A DNA stretch of 64,000 nucleotides from Flaccisagitta enflata (Eukaryota), in contig OZ231126.1 in the NCBI GenBank assembly GCA_965153355.1, forward strand, positions 2,976,001 through 3,040,000. The letters are read 5' to 3'. The translations under genes were made by a program, and so were the position numbers. The first letter of the stretch is position 1; each line of letters begins with the position of its first letter. The notes under the pieces are model-generated. The model was not told the DNA's origin. It did not search any database and worked only from the letters and a program-made list of their open reading frames with translations. Shown here in pieces: positions 41,851 through 57,345 of this stretch.

Positions 41851-42609
41851 ATAATTGCAGTTGGAAGTCTTAAACATGCAATGGTCCGGATCATTGAGTT
41901 CCTCCAAAATAAAAATGGAAAGGTTGGGGCTTATTGGCTGGGGTGTAATAGGGGATTTAGAGATGCTTTTTGGATCATTCTTGCAATTTGGAGGATCGTT
42001 CCTCCAATTTGGAGGATAATATTGGAGGAACTCACACTATATCTCTTTCTGAGTTCCTCCAAAAATAAATTGGAATGGTTGGGGCTTATTGGCTGGGGTT
42101 TAAAAGGGGATTTAGAAATGCAATTTGGATCATTCTAGCAATTTGGAGGATCGTTCCTCCAATTTGGAGGATAATATTGGAGGAACTCACACTATATCTC
42201 TTTCTGAGTTCCTCCAAAAATAAAATTGGAATGGTTGGGGCTTGTTGGGGGCAAGGGGATTTAGAAATGCAATTGATCATTCTGGAAATTTGGGAGATCG
42301 TTCCTCCACTTGAGGATCGCCTCAATTTGAGATCAATCCTCCAATTGGGAGGATCGTTCTCCACTTGAGGATCGTTCCTCCACTTGAGGACGTTCTCCAA
42401 TTTGGAGGATCGTTCCTCCACCTGAGGATCACTCCTACTTGGAGGATCGTTTCCCAATTGCAGATCGTCCTCCAATTTGGAGGATCGCCCCAACTTGGGA
42501 GATCGTTCCTCCAATTTGAGGATCGTTCCTCCAATTTGGAGGATCGTTCTTCCAATTAGAGGAGCCACTGACATTTTCCACCAATTTTTCAGAATGTAGT
42601 GATACAGAG

Positions 42610-43375
42610 AAAGCATCACTATCATGATCATCACTTTCATGATCATCATCAACATGATGGTTATCATCATCATCATCATCATCATCACATCATCATGATC
42701 ATCATCATCATCATCATTATAATCGTCATCACTATTGTGATCATCTTAACTATCATAACTATCATCATTATCTTCATCACTACCATGATTTCAACGGGTC
42801 GGATTTTCGCTGAAAGGCTCCACCTACACGGATTTGTGGATGATCATTACCCCAACTGGAGCAACCATACCGCCAATCGGAGGAATTGTAAAGATTAAGA
42901 GAAAAGAGCATCACAATCACGATGATCAGCATCATTTTCAAGATCATCATTACTACCAAGATTATCATCATCATGATCGTCATTACTAACATGATCATCA
43001 TCACTATCATCATCACAATCATGGTCATCATCACAATCATGATCATCACTATCATGATCATTGCCTTTGTCACTATCATGATCATCGCCTTTGTCACTAT
43101 CATGATCATTATCTTTATCACTATCATGATCATCTTGATCATCATCATTACTATCATGATTATCATCATCACTGTCATGGTCATCATCACTGTCTTGGTC
43201 ATCATCACTGTCATGATCATCATCACTGCCATGATCATCATCACAATCATGATCATTATCGCGTTCATTATCTTCATCACTATCATGATCATCCCCGTCA
43301 TCACTATCATGATCATTGTCTTCATCACGATTTTCATCTCGACATTCATAACTTATGCTATTATCATCATCATGG
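42610..43375. repeat. (ATC)n-rich low-complexity tracts
   Basis: Similar tracts lie at 49640-50100 and 50290-50570. Confidence 0.85.
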
Positions 43376-44607
43376 CCACAACGATTTTCATTGGACATTA
43401 AACAAGACAGATGATCACTCCCTATCAATGTTTCATTTTTTGTTTTGTTTTGTAAAGATCAGCATCCTTGACAAGAACTTATTGATTGAAGTTACATATA
43501 TCAAAGGTAGTTTAAAAAGATCACAGTTATACTTGGTTAAGAATGACAAAATTCGTATAAACATGAAATGAATCAAGTCCTGATTGTCACAAGTTGACAC
43601 TCAGTTCAAAGTAGGTAAACAACCAGCTACATGATAGGCTCGTCTGGAATAATCCGTGACTGACCAAGTGGCATCAGGATGGTCAATGATTATCTCAAAC
43701 ATGACAGGTGGATTGTAAGCAAGCACAGAATCAAATCTCTGAATAACAGCCAAGTATCGGGACCAAATAACATCATTCTTCAGGCATTCACCCGCTTTAA
43801 AATCCCCAAAGAACGCAACAACCTCGGAAGGATTTTTGAAGTAAACCAAAAACCGATTTCCTTCATGATCATGAAAGGATCAAATAAAAAAGTGGGTAGG
43901 AACAAAAATTGTCATAATTGGGTAGTTTTTTACTCGACAGGGAAAGAAGCCCGGTAAAAGTGGTAGTTTCACCATACTCTTAACTGTACATTTTAAGTCG
44001 CGGACATGCAACTACACCTTGCCGTGTCGGTCCGTCTGTAACAAATTGCAACCAGTTTTTGCACTACTGCTCCTGCCAAACCGTCCGCAACTCGATTGAC
44101 GTGTGTCCGGCCTTGTTTTTTTAAACCTTCAGAAGAAATCAGACCTGTATATAATTGATTTCTTTCCCCCCCCCCCCTGGTAGGGGAAGAGAAATCAAAA
44201 GGTCTGAAGATGGGGAAGAAGACAAAAGAGGGAAAAAAAGGAAATTTGGGGAAAATATAATTTTTAACGATAACAAATCAGAACCTAATAAGTAATACAC
44301 AATCTACCACTTTTTAAACCAAAAATACATTGTCTTTTAGCTCTATAGGGAAGAAAATCACAAATATAAAAACATCATACAACGCCTTGCGGGGAAGAAA
44401 ATCAAAGGCAGGTGGGGAATCAAAAGCGACTCAATTATATACACCCCTGAAAGAAATAGAGATAGCTACTAGTGAAATAACTACAACGTTCTTGATGTTA
44501 GAACGTTTTGCCTTGTCTAAAAAAACTAGGTTTATATCAATTATCAAAATTAAGTTAGGCTATGCTTGATTTGACTTAATTTTATGTGCGTCCCCACATA
44601 TCTACAG

Positions 44608-44981
44608 ACGGGACCCTTATAAGAGCGGAGGAGGGACCCTATGTGGTACATGCCCCCACTACAGCTCACATGGTTCAATCAATTTCCACAATTGCAGTGG
44701 CGGTTGACACGTTAGGTGGATAGGAATGGCGCTACCGTGGAGATTTTTCAATTTCCACCCTGAACCCCTTCAAACCACCCCCAAAGTTTAAAAAAAAATC
44801 AAATAATTTTTTTTCTCAAATTTTGATATAAAATTGGTCCCTTGGGAGGGTTAAAGGAGATTGAAAAATCGCCACAGTGGCGCCAACCGCCACTGCTAAT
44901 GAGGAAATTGGATGAACCTTGTGAGCTATAGGGGGGGCATGTAACTATTGGGTCCCTCCTCCGCTCTTATAAGGGTCCCGT
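44608..44981. mobile_element. Foldback MITE
   Basis: acgggacccttataagagcggaggagggaccc ... gggtccctcctccgctcttataagggtcccgt, with extended imperfect arms. Confidence 0.75.
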
Positions 44982-47900
44982 TTGTGTAGGAAGTTAGGTT
45001 GTCTTTAAGTCGGTTGGTCCGTTGATCAGGTAATCTGTCGTGCCATGTTAAAACCGCGCAAAACTGCCAATCCTTGCGTCGATATTCATTCTTTTAACAT
45101 TCTCACTTTCATTCCCTTCTATTCACTTTCATCCATTCATGCACGCAATCATCAAAAATGATCGTTCATCAAAAACGTTCATTCATACATTCTTATTCAG
45201 TTCTTATCAGAGCTTCTTGTAGAGTCGCGTGTACGCAACTAAAAAGGGGGAGTTTATTCCAATACTTGTGTCTCGCGATTCAAAAAAGGGAAAAAAGAGT
45301 GAAGGAATGAGTGAATTCATGAATGAATGAATAAAAAAATGAATTAATTAGTGATTGGATAAAGGAATGAAAGCGAGAGGGCAAAAAGAAGGCAGAGGAC
45401 GCTTATTTTGCATGGTTTTTTTTTCATTTCATAGGAGAATTCTCAGAACACTCGTTGCTTAGGTGAAGCTTATATTGTCTAAGTTTTAGTCACATTCGAT
45501 TTTTTTTTAAGATCATTTTTTTCTTGATTGAAAACTAGAAAAGTCTGTCACTCCTTAGGCTGAGAAGAGAAAAATATACTCTACTGGAATCCTTATTGGA
45601 TAACCCATTCAGACAAGTATTTTGATCAACAAAAGCAGGAAAAGAAATTAATCAAAGGTAAATAAAACAATTAAAGGGGTTCATTATTTCAGGTGTTAGA
45701 AAGAATGAGAGATAAAAGAAGATAAAAAAGACAAGAGCCTGCACGATGGGCACGCAGCTAGCAAAAACTACAGGCCCAACAGCAAAACTGCATGCACCGG
45801 GTTCGCGGGCACACATATTGGTGACAAATCACGAGATAGATAAAGATGACAAAGTCATGACAATCACAATGCAGTGCATGAGCGACAGGTGACGCGGGGT
45901 CAAATGTTTTTTTCAGATGGGAGGGGGTATTCAACCCCCATACACAACCATACTCAATGTGAATAAAACGTTCGTTCTTTAACTCTATTATCTTGGACCA
46001 AAGCAACACATGACTGATGCAAGATGGACCAACGGACCGAGGGTAGATATAAACCTTCGCTCGTCTTCGCCAGTCTGGAGGAATCCCGAATCAACTTTTT
46101 AAGGTGGCCGGTCTGAAGATAGTTACCGCGTTGCTATATTTCAAAAAATATTACTATGAAATTTTACATCATTAGAAAGTGTAGCGTTTAAGCTTTCCTC
46201 TGTTTTATTAGTCGCGTGCTACGCGACTACAACCTGCTTTGTCAGTCCGTCGGGCCAACTGTCTGTCGCACAATCAATCATATTTATGAGTGATTGGAAA
46301 AAAATCAGGATATTTTAGGATCCTCAATGTTGATCAATTTTCACCTTTTTTCCTTGTCTTACTACTTGATATGACGGTAACTCTATGCGCCTAATTGCGC
46401 AAAAAACTATGGGCTGAGATTTCGCTCAATCTGACTTTTTAATTATGCAAATTAAGCCCACACTTACTTTTGCGCTTGGAAATTCTTGAGTAAAACTGTT
46501 CTATGCACTCGTAATTATCGGGATTCAATTACTTTGGTTTACTGGGGCCAATTGGAATTTTAAGTCATTCTATGTCATTCTAAGTCATTTTAAGTCATTT
46601 TAAGTCACTTTAAGTCATTTTGATTATATTCCATCATTTTTGGTACTATTCGTCGGTCCGTCAACATTCTAAGTCATTCTAAGTCATCCTTGGTCACTGC
46701 GCCAGCTCAAACATTGAGAGAGCTCAGAATACAGTCTCTGCAAGTCACGCGACTAGGGTAGCCGTGTATCTAGCCTTGCTTTTTTTAAATACTACTAATA
46801 GTTTAAATGTTGTGATCAAAAGAAGAAACACTGTTCATGATTTCATGAGCACTCAAGCGCGAAATACGCAGTCTGAGAACGAAACATGTTCATGATTTTT
46901 AGTCGCGTGCACGCGACTCTACAACCCGCTTTGTCCGTCGGTCAGTCGGTCACACTTTACTTTTTTTTATGATTTTATTACTTTGACCTCCCTGCTCCTG
47001 CCCAAATGGTCTGGTGACCTCAAATATGGCCCCTGCCCACCCGCACGCGACTTCGGTAGCCGTGTATCCGGCCTTGTTTTCTCAAAGTGGCGGAATCCGT
47101 CGTGACTTTTTTTACCCAAACTTTGAAAGCTCATATCTCATGAACGGATTGACCGATTGACTTGATTTTTTGTATGGTAACATTGTTTGCCCTTGTCTTC
47201 TGATGTGAGAAGTTTCAAGAAATTCCAGTTAGTACAACCACCCAAACCAGCCTACCTACCCAAAAATTTCAAATAAGCATAGATAAAAAAATATTTTACA
47301 AAATTTTCTGAAATTTTGCATGGACAACGATCCAACCCATGGTCAATTTCTGGGTAAGTTGTACGGCGATCATGTAATTACTTCGGCCTTAATCGCATAA
47401 AGCATTTTTTTTCACACAGTCAAAAACATAAAATTCATCGAAGTTTTTATCATGTTTACCTGTCATAACTACTCTGAATAATTCTCAGTGAGCGGTCTCA
47501 TGTATAGATATTACATGTTTAAAATTTCATGCAGATATCTCTTACTGTTCGAAAGATAAAAACATTTTTAATAAGTATGAAAGTAGAAATCGCGCGGCGA
47601 GACAAACAATATGGCTTAAACGTGCGAGTCATACAAAAGGGCGATATGGATTCGTTACAAAGTAAAGCAAATCCCTTCCCCCCAAAAGTTCAGTGTTGAA
47701 TCAGGTTCAAGCTGACCCTATTCAGGCGAGTGAGTCATTATGGTACATTCAGAGAGTCAATAAATAAATAAATAAAAAACAAGGTCATTAGACCTAAGTC
47801 GCGTGTCGGCACTTTCAAAAAAAGTCAGGCAGACAGACAGACAAACAGTTTTTTTTTTCAAAAAGACATTTCAAACAGCTATCTACTACTCCTAGCTTCT

Positions 47901-48060
47901 TCTCCACCAACAGAAACATAAAAAACACGATAAAGGGCCTTTAAAACGACTTTGTGACTTTGTGACGGACGGACCGACGGACTGACCGACGGACCGAACA
48001 AAAAGTGCTTGTAGAGTCGCGTAGCACGCGACTAAAAACAAGAGCAAAACAAAATGAGAG

Positions 48061-48147
<87 letters not shown>

Positions 48148-51100
48148 TTAAAGATATTAAATAATATCGGAATCAGAGGTTTAGAATAATATCAAGCGGT
48201 GATAGTAAATTAGCACTTCCGATAGTCTTTTTTTATAAGATCTTGGATATGGGGATTGTGCAATTTCATCGCGCCGAGCAACCTCAAGTTAAAAATTTTG
48301 AATCTTTCATCTAAGGGTAACATGGATGCATACAGTTGCAATTAAAATACAATGCGAGGAGCCGCAAAATCTCTAGCAACCCCCCCTGCAGCATTTACTG
48401 TGAGTATAATAAAGATGATTAAAGTAATAGATGTTAGTATACTTTAAATCAATTCCCGCTATCAAGGCGATTTTTGATATTCTTTTTAGTACTTAAGATA
48501 ATGGTCATAATAGTGCAAAATTCAATACTTGCAGAAATGAAGGATTTTAACCCTTTGAAAGGCTGTTTCTTGAAAACTAGATTGAAATGGAAAAAATGCC
48601 TTGATGGCGGGAATTCTATAGAGACAAGCTACCAGCTGCTACCCTAAAAGTTGATGTAGTATTAACCATTTAAGCTGCAGGGGGGGTTGCTAGAGATTTT
48701 GGCTGCTCCTCTCTTTGTATTTTCATTGCCTCTGTAATCATGAAGTAGTCTACCGACTTGTGACAACATTGCTTTATAAAGAAAATACATAAAAAAAAAG
48801 GATGAGAGTCTTGGGAACTCTCAATGGTGCCCATCCGGACCCCAACAACTATCATTTATCAATGAGAACAGCCCTAACGCAACGTTGTCAAACGTCTTTC
48901 ATATGCAGATAACCTACTCCCCGGAGACCGAATGCAGGATCTCGGAGTAATCCTATTGCACAGCCACTTTGGGTTGTTCCTCTAAGGGCCCTGACTCCAA
49001 CAAGGTCAGGCACTGAGGGATAACTGGACCCGAGTCAATCAGATCGAGAAAAGTCGAGAATCACTTGCATCAATAGCAGACAGAGACGGAAAACGAAAGA
49101 TCGATGTCAATTGGGATGAAACACGGTCATTAGACCTAAGTCGCGTGCGTCGGCACTTTCAAAAAAAGTCAGGCAGACAGACAGACAAACGATTTTTTTC
49201 AAAAAAACATTTGAAACAGTTATTCATTACTCCAAGCTTCTTCTCCACTACTAAAGAGACGTTAAAACGCGTTAAAAAGCCTTTAAACCGACTTTGTGAC
49301 CAACGGACTGACCAAAAAGTGGCTTATAGAGTCGCGTAGCACGCAACTAAAAATAGACTACGATGATGACGACAGATAAGAGAGAAGTTTAGGAGGTTAG
49401 AAACATTAACATTTAGTAAAGGCTTCATTTATATGTGCGTGCTCGAGTAACTAGAGATTTGCTTCATCCACTCTTCAGATCATGTCCTTCCACACTGATG
49501 ATCACCAGAGCCAGAACGTTGACTATGATGATCAAAAAAGAAACAAGAAGTGATTATCACTAGAAAGAAGATGGCGATGTGATCATCAGAGAATAAAGAC
49601 AACATAACTGATTCCCAGAGAGCGCCAACAACATAGTTAATCATCATTGGTGATCATCAATGATCAATGATCATCAGTAGTGATCAATGGTCATCATTAG
49701 TGATCAGTGATTATCACCATCATCGATCAGTGATCATCAGCGATCATCATCAATTGTCATCAGTGATCATCAATTATTATCGATCATAAGTGATCATCAC
49801 TATTTCATCTTCAAGGGCGTTTTTTTGACACCTCAGTCATAGGATTGATCACTAATGTTCCATTCACAAGAATGATCATTATACACTCTCAGTGGATTAT
49901 TATCTCATTTACAAGATATCAACAAAAAGTTATGCTTGATGGCGATTATCACCAACAGCATCTGACTCATAAGGGTGATTATCATCATCTTGTTAACAAC
50001 CATGATCATCGCCATCTCATTGACACGTGTGAATATCATCACCATCACCTTCGTCACCATCATCACATCACGACTATCATTTACAAGAGTGAAGGTCAAC
50101 ATCTCAATTGCTTGTGATTAATTTATCATTAAGCCATTTAAGAAGGGTTCTTTAAGTTGGAGGATTGTTACGCAAATTCCGCGGAAAAGACTGGCGGAAC
50201 TCTTACTATATCTCTTTCTGAGAGATCGTTCTGTCAACTGCCGGTTTATTTTGGAAAGGAATTTAGAGAAGCTGAATGTGAGAAAGAGTTGAAATCATCA
50301 CTTTCATCATCACGATCATCATCACAATCATCATAGTCACCATCATTATGATCATCACAGTCAACATGATCACCTTCAACATCATCATGGTCAACATCGT
50401 GATCATCCTCAAAATCATCACAATCAACATGATCAACATCACAATTATCATTATTATGATGATCACAATCATCATCATGATCATCATCATAACCACATCA
50501 TCATCATCACGATCATCATCATGATCATCAACACCACCATCACTACCACCACCATCACTACCACCACCATCTGCAAGACTGTGTCAACATCTCAACCACC
50601 TGTGATGATCAATTTGATATTCAGTCTTTTTAAAGGGTCCTCAAGGTTAGATAGTTGGTTCCGCCAAATTGGCAGAACTCTCTATATATCTCTTTCTGAG
50701 CTCCGCCAAAATGAAATAAGACTGGTTGGGGCTTATTTACTGGGGTTTACTAGGGGATTTAGAGATTATCTCTGATCTTTTTGGTTATTCTTTCAATTTT
50801 AAGGATCGTTCCTCCAATTTGGAGGATAATATTGGAGGAACTCACACTATATCTCTTTCTGAGTTCCTCCAAAATAAAATTGGAATGGTTGGGGCTTATT
50901 GGCTGGGGTTTAAATGGGAATTTAGAAATGGAATTTGGATCATTCAAGCAATTTGGAGGATTGTTCCTCCAAATTGGAGGATAATATTGGAGGAACTCGC
51001 ACTATATCTCTTTCTGGGTTCCTCCAAAAAAAAAAAAAAAAAAATGGAATGGTTGGGGCTTATTGGTTGGGGTTTAAAAGGGGATTTAGAAATACAATTT

Positions 51101-51482
51101 GTCTCATTCTAGTAATTTGGAGGATCGTTCCTCCAAATTGGAGGATAATATTGGAGGAACTCGCACTATATCTCTTTCTGGGTTCCTCCAAAAAAAAAAA
51201 AAATGGAATGGTTGGGGCTTATTGGTTGGGGTTTAAAAGGGGATTTAGAAATGCAATTTGTCTCATTCTAGCAGTTTGGAGGATCGTTCCTCCAGTTTGG
51301 AGGATCGTTCCTCCAGTTTGGAGGATCGTTCCTCCAGTTTGGAGGATCGTTCCTCCAGTTTGGAGGATCGTTCCTCCAGTTTGGAGGATCGTTCCTCCAG
51401 TTTGGAGGATCGTTCCTCCAGTTTGGAGGATCGTTCCTCCAAACTGGAGGATCGTTCCTCGAGTTTGGAGGATTGCTCTATG

Positions 51483-51569
<87 letters not shown>

Positions 51570-51629
51570 TTCCACCAAAAAAAAAAAAATCGGCGGAGAG
51601 CCACAATTTGAGAAGTCAAGGGTTTTTCT

Positions 51630-52236
51630 CAACCAAATTGGTTGAAAAATGCCAAAGTTATGCACGTTTTTCTCTTTTAGGCTGGTAGGCTGGTTGGGTG
51701 GTAGGCCGGTTTGGCCGGTTAGCATGCTAAAATCTTTACAAATCAAATACATATGTTGAGTCCTTCCATTTAGAGACTACATACCAAGTTTTAACCAAAT
51801 CGGTTGAAAAATGCCAAAGTTATGCACGTTTTTCACTTTTAGGCTGGTAGGCTGGTTGGTTGGTAGGCCGGTTTGGCCGTTTAGCATGCTAAAATCTTTA
51901 CAATTCAAATACATATGTTGAGTTCTTCCATTTAGGGACTACATACCAAATTTTAACCAAATCGGTTGAAAAATGCCGAAGTTATGTACGTTTTTCACTT
52001 TTAGGCTGGTAGGCTGGTTGGGCCGGTTGGGTGGGTCGGATCATAACATACGCATAGGCTGCAAAGCGGCTTACCCTAATACAACTTCCCTCCAAATATG
52101 AAGCAAATCGGTCAAGGCGTTCAAAAGTTAGCCCATTTTTAAAAGTGTGGACGACGACAACGACAACGACAACGACGACACCCACCCGCCTCGAATTATA
52201 GTCCGCGTCGGAATGGTATTCCGTCGCGGACAAAAA
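51630..52236 (-). mobile_element. Satellite-bearing Helentron-like element; second copy at ~53280-54543
   Basis: Both copies end in the hairpin gtccgcgtcggaat..attccgtcgcggacaaaaa, preceded by (GAC)n and tandem internal repeats. Confidence 0.55.
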
Positions 52237-54453
52237 AAGTTTCCATTGGGTTTTATGACTTTTATCACATATGTGGTCGGTTTGTCTGTCCGAATCGATT
52301 TCCACCCCATCAACATTATATCGTTGAAGCTCGGCCAAAAATGGAAAAACAATGAAGACATGTTAACGGAGGAAAACTTTCATAAGACTAGATTTTGTTG
52401 GGGAATAAAGATTATCTATTCGTATTACAAGTTGTGACTCACAAAGATCATGTTTGAGTCTTCTAGAAAGAAAATATCCACTTTCAGTTTCATTTCGAAT
52501 TAAGGTCGAGTGTAGCTCAAAACCCGCCAACAGAACCTTACGGTTTTGTAAATAGTCAGTCCTTGAAATTTCTGTGGTCACGCGACCCCTTTTACTCTCT
52601 CACTTTTCTGGCCTTGGCCTATTTCGGTTTCCCATTGGAGAAAAAATATATTTGATCTGTAAATTCATTGAGACCTGGAAGATTTTTTCCTCGAGGCCGT
52701 TCACCTCGTTTTACCTCAATTTCTAACCTACATTCCGAAAATATTTGAAAAAAAAAACGGAAAAAACTCAGTGGTTGAAAAAAAAAGGTTTTTCCGAGCT
52801 AAGAGCAAACATAAGGCGTCTTGATCAAATTAGCGTTCAATGAATGGTGAGAAGTGGGAAGAGAGATAGGATGAAATGAAACAGAGAAAGAAGAATGAAC
52901 GAGATAGAAAGAGGAAAAAGAGAAAGGAGGGAGGGGAGGAAAGAATGAAAGAAGCAATCAAACAAACAATTAAAAAAAAGAAAGAAAGAAAAAAGAAAAG
53001 GTAGAAAGAGAATGAGCCATAAGCGCGTTCTATTTTGGTGTAAATATATCATTTCATCAAACAGTCAAATACCGTATTTCCTGTGATAAGCACCCCGGGC
53101 GCTAAAAATTCTCAGGATCAGGTCAAAATTCTGGGATTTTACCGTCCATCCCATACTAGATCAATTTTGACCCCAGGAATCTAAATCTACAGTCAAAAAT
53201 CTGATCAGTATCTGGGTCCGCGACGGAAGGGGGTTATAGATCACCAATTCCATAAGATCGCTATGACCAAAAGATTGCTAACCCCGTAAATTCGCTAAAA
53301 CTATAATTCTTTACATTAAGAGCCTCCATACAAATTTTCACGCAAATCCGTTGAAAAATGGCAAAGTTATGCACATTTTTCACTTTTAGGCTAGTAGGGT
53401 GGTTGGGTGGTAAACTGGTTTGGATAAAAAGTGTGCATATGTTGAGTTCTTTCATTTAGAGACTCCATACCAAGTTTCAACCAAATTGGTTGAAAAACGT
53501 CCAATTTATGCAAGTTTTTAACTTTTAGGCAGGTAAGCTGGTTGGGTGGTAAGTGGGTTTGGCTAGTTGGCATGCTCAAACACAAATAAATCACATACAT
53601 GTGCTGAGTCCTTCCATTTAGAGACTCCATACCAAAATTTCAACCAAATTGGTTGAAAAACGCCAAAGATATGCACATTTTTCACTTTTAGGCTGGTAGG
53701 CTGGTAGGCTGGTTGAGTGGTAAGCTGGTTTGACAGGATAAATAGTGTGCATATGTTGAGTTCTTCCATTTAGAGACTCCATACCAAGTTTCAACCAAAT
53801 CAGTTGAAAAATGACAAAGTTACGCAAGTTTTTCACTTTAAAGCCGGTTGGCTGGTTGGGTGGTAGGTCGGTTTGGCCGGTTAGCATGCTCAAATGCATA
53901 TAAATCATATACATATGTTGAGGCCTTCCATTTAGAGACTCCATACCAAATTTCAGCCAAATCAGTTGAAAATGCCAAAGTTATGCACGTTTTCACTTTT
54001 AGGCCAGTAGGGTGGTAGGCTGGTTTAACAGGATAAATAGTTTGCATATGCTGAGTTCTTCCATTTAGAGACTCCATACCAAGTTTCAACCAAATCAGTT
54101 GAAAAATGACAAAGTTACGCAAGTTTTTCACTTTTAGGCCGGTTGGCTGGTTGGGTGGTAGGTCGGTTTGGCCGGTTAGCATGCTCAAATGCATATAAAT
54201 CATATACATATGTTGAGGCCTTCCATTTAGAGACTCCATACCAAATTTCAGCCAAATCGGTTGAAAAATGCCAAAGTTATGCACGTTTTTCACTTTTAGG
54301 CCGGTAGGCTGGTTGGGCCGGTTGGGTTGGTCGGATCACAAAAATCGGATAGGATGTAAAGCGCCTTACCCTAGCACAACTTCCCACCAAATATGAACCA
54401 AATCGGTCAAAGCATAAAAAAGTTATCCATTTTTTAAAATCCGTTACAACGAC

Positions 54454-54485
<32 letters not shown>

Positions 54486-55007
54486 CACCCACCCGCCTTG
54501 AATTATAGTCCGCGTCGGAATGATATTCCGTCGCGGACAAAAATGGTCTCGGATCAATATTCCGATAGGCTACGGCTACATTTCTCAGGTCAAAATACTA
54601 CATAAGGTCAAATTTTCAAGATTGGAAATTGGTCAATCTGATTGCAGATAACGTAATTCGACTTTTTGAAACGTAGGGGAAAAAAAGTTTTCTATTTTTG
54701 GTTTGGAGCAATTTTGGTTTGGGGTAATTTTTTAAAGTTTGTCGTTTTTTGGCTGGAAGTTTATATTTTTTTGTATTCATAGCTAAGAAAAAGCTTATTT
54801 TTCTCTTTCAAATGGCGCCAACCAGAAGTCTCAATAAGCATTAGTTTTGGCGTTATGAAATTTTGAATCTGTTTTCGTTTTTTTTTTTTGTAAAAATTGA
54901 TATTTTACATTGATCCTATTTTTCGGTTGTCTAATAAGAGAGAAGAGTCAAAATGTTATAGAAATTGACCTTAACTTTTATGACGTTAGCTTTTGCATTT
55001 TACTTTG

Positions 55008-55119
<112 letters not shown>

Positions 55120-55158
55120 TATACATTTATACACACACACACATACATACACATTTTC

Positions 55159-55240
<82 letters not shown>

Positions 55241-57345
55241 CATGCATACACACGCATACACACTATCTACACAACACATTGTAAAGTTGCTTTTAGTTTT
55301 CTTAGACTTTTGATAAAATTTGAATGGAGGCGAGTATTAACACAATTTTTTTTTTAAATGGAAGGTAATAGCATAAAGATGTTAGTTTGTGCTTTTCAAG
55401 TTATTTGTTCGAGGGATAGTATCAGAAAATAACGATTAAAAAAACTTTTAAAAACATTGATTTGCCTGCTCATCGCTAAGGCCTTCTGTTCATCTGTTTT
55501 TCTTCTTTCCTGCCTTCTCATTGGCAAGAAAATATAAAAATATGAAAGAGCTTATCTGATTGGTTGAAGCGAACTGCTTAGAAAGGGAGAATGGCAAATT
55601 CAACCAATCAGAAAACAGAACAGTTTTCAAAGCACCAATGACAAAGCAGAAAGAAAAGAGAGAGCAGCACTACAAAATTGATAGCTTAACTTTTACATAC
55701 TACTACAGTTTTGCGGAAACAAAACCTGCTTTGATTTATACACGAGCTGAAAGGCCATGGTCAGAACCTTATTTTGAAAGAGTTTCAGCTTTGCCAAACA
55801 AAGTGTTTTCTCTGTGGAAACTATTCTTTAAAAAGTGGAGATTCGAATTTCCTGCAAAAAAGAGAGAGACGTATTTCAAATAGGCTAAAAATGTACTAAA
55901 TGATAACTTTTTTGAACTCTGATTGCAACAACGTGATCATCTGTGTTCTGGCTTTCTAAAATGGTAAAGAACGCCATGTTTTGCTTAAACAATCGGCGTT
56001 TTGAGCAGGTTCAACTGCCAACCTTCATATTTTACATATTTGGCTTTTTATTTTTTTTATGTAGTAATGTACGAAGAATAAGGTAAAAAAAAAGTACTGT
56101 CTGATGCGGTCAAGGGTCTAGTTTTCTTGAAAAAAAACTGTGTTCCCCTAGTGAACTTTTTTTTTTCACCCACTCAAATTTTTTTTTCACCCACTCCAAG
56201 TGCAAGTCCACTGATCTTTACATTGTGCACAAACACACACAAAAACACTGAAAGACAAAGGAAGGTAGAAAGGAAAATAGAAACAGAGAGACAGATTAAA
56301 TAATAATAACAGACAGTCAATCAACCAAATATCATGAGATACACACAGAAGAACATGCATTTAAAAAAAACTCCCCTCAACGATTTTTTTCCGGTCGGCG
56401 AGAGCCGCCTTTATTGGTACAGCATGAATATTGTAAGGAAACACAAAATGTAGTAAATAAGTCGTAAACATTGACCATAACATTTTTATTGCTGTCATTA
56501 ATAAAGTGGGCGAAAGCTGTCAAAGCTGTAAATGTTAAGTAATTCACCGATACCTTTGATCCTTGGTCCCTTTGATCTTTGATACCTTTAATCCCTCATC
56601 TGAGTTATGAAAGTTGAAGGTCAGCCTGACCTGCAGTCTAGGTTATGTCATTTAATCACGCGGCGGAGGGGTGTCTTTGGAAGAGTTTGCTGGCACTATA
56701 AAAGGGACGGTTACCAATTGTCTAGATTTATTCAATCATCTCTCACTGCCTAAAAGAAAAACTGATCTAGTTTCTGCGTTCTTCTCTGTCTCTCTCATAC
56801 ATCAAATGAATAAACGTTATTCTAACTACGCTCCCAACTTCATACAGTTAGACTAGCAAACTTAATATTATTGTTGTAGCCAGTCGATACTCTTACTACA
56901 ACACTCACCCTGTTTGACTTATTACTCTTTGCCGACCAAATCGTTCAAGACATCCCTTTTTTTAGTCGTGTGCACGCGACTCTACACCCCGCTTTGTCCG
57001 TCCGTCCGTCGGTTGGTCGGTCTGTCGGTTATACTTTTACTTTTTTTATCAATTTTTTTTCCTTAAGTCATTTAAAGTCATTTAAGAGTATACTGAGTCA
57101 TTCTAAATCAATCTGTAAGTCTCGCACGCGACTTATAGGTGTTGGCCTTGTTTTTTTTTTAAACTCATTGAACGGTTATGGACACAGTTGATAGCTTACT
57201 TAGTTGACGACAACGATTAATGGATGACATTCGTTAATTAATGACGTTTCATTTGTCGATAACCAGACAGAATATCTGCCTTCCTATCCATCCTCTGCCC
57301 TGGTCGCATTCCTCTCGCTCTCGCCTCATTTCGACTTCCGGACAG

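Noticed and set aside
42599-43428. His/Asp/Ile-rich ORFs
   Set aside because: ATC-type low-complexity sequence.
43601-43849. 82-aa complex-looking minus-strand ORF
   Set aside because: No recognisable motif or convincing splice sites; it could be a TE relic or unknown exon and needs BLAST.
50726-51752. WRIVPP / LQTGGT repeat ORFs
   Set aside because: 21-bp palindromic array within a dispersed repeat family.
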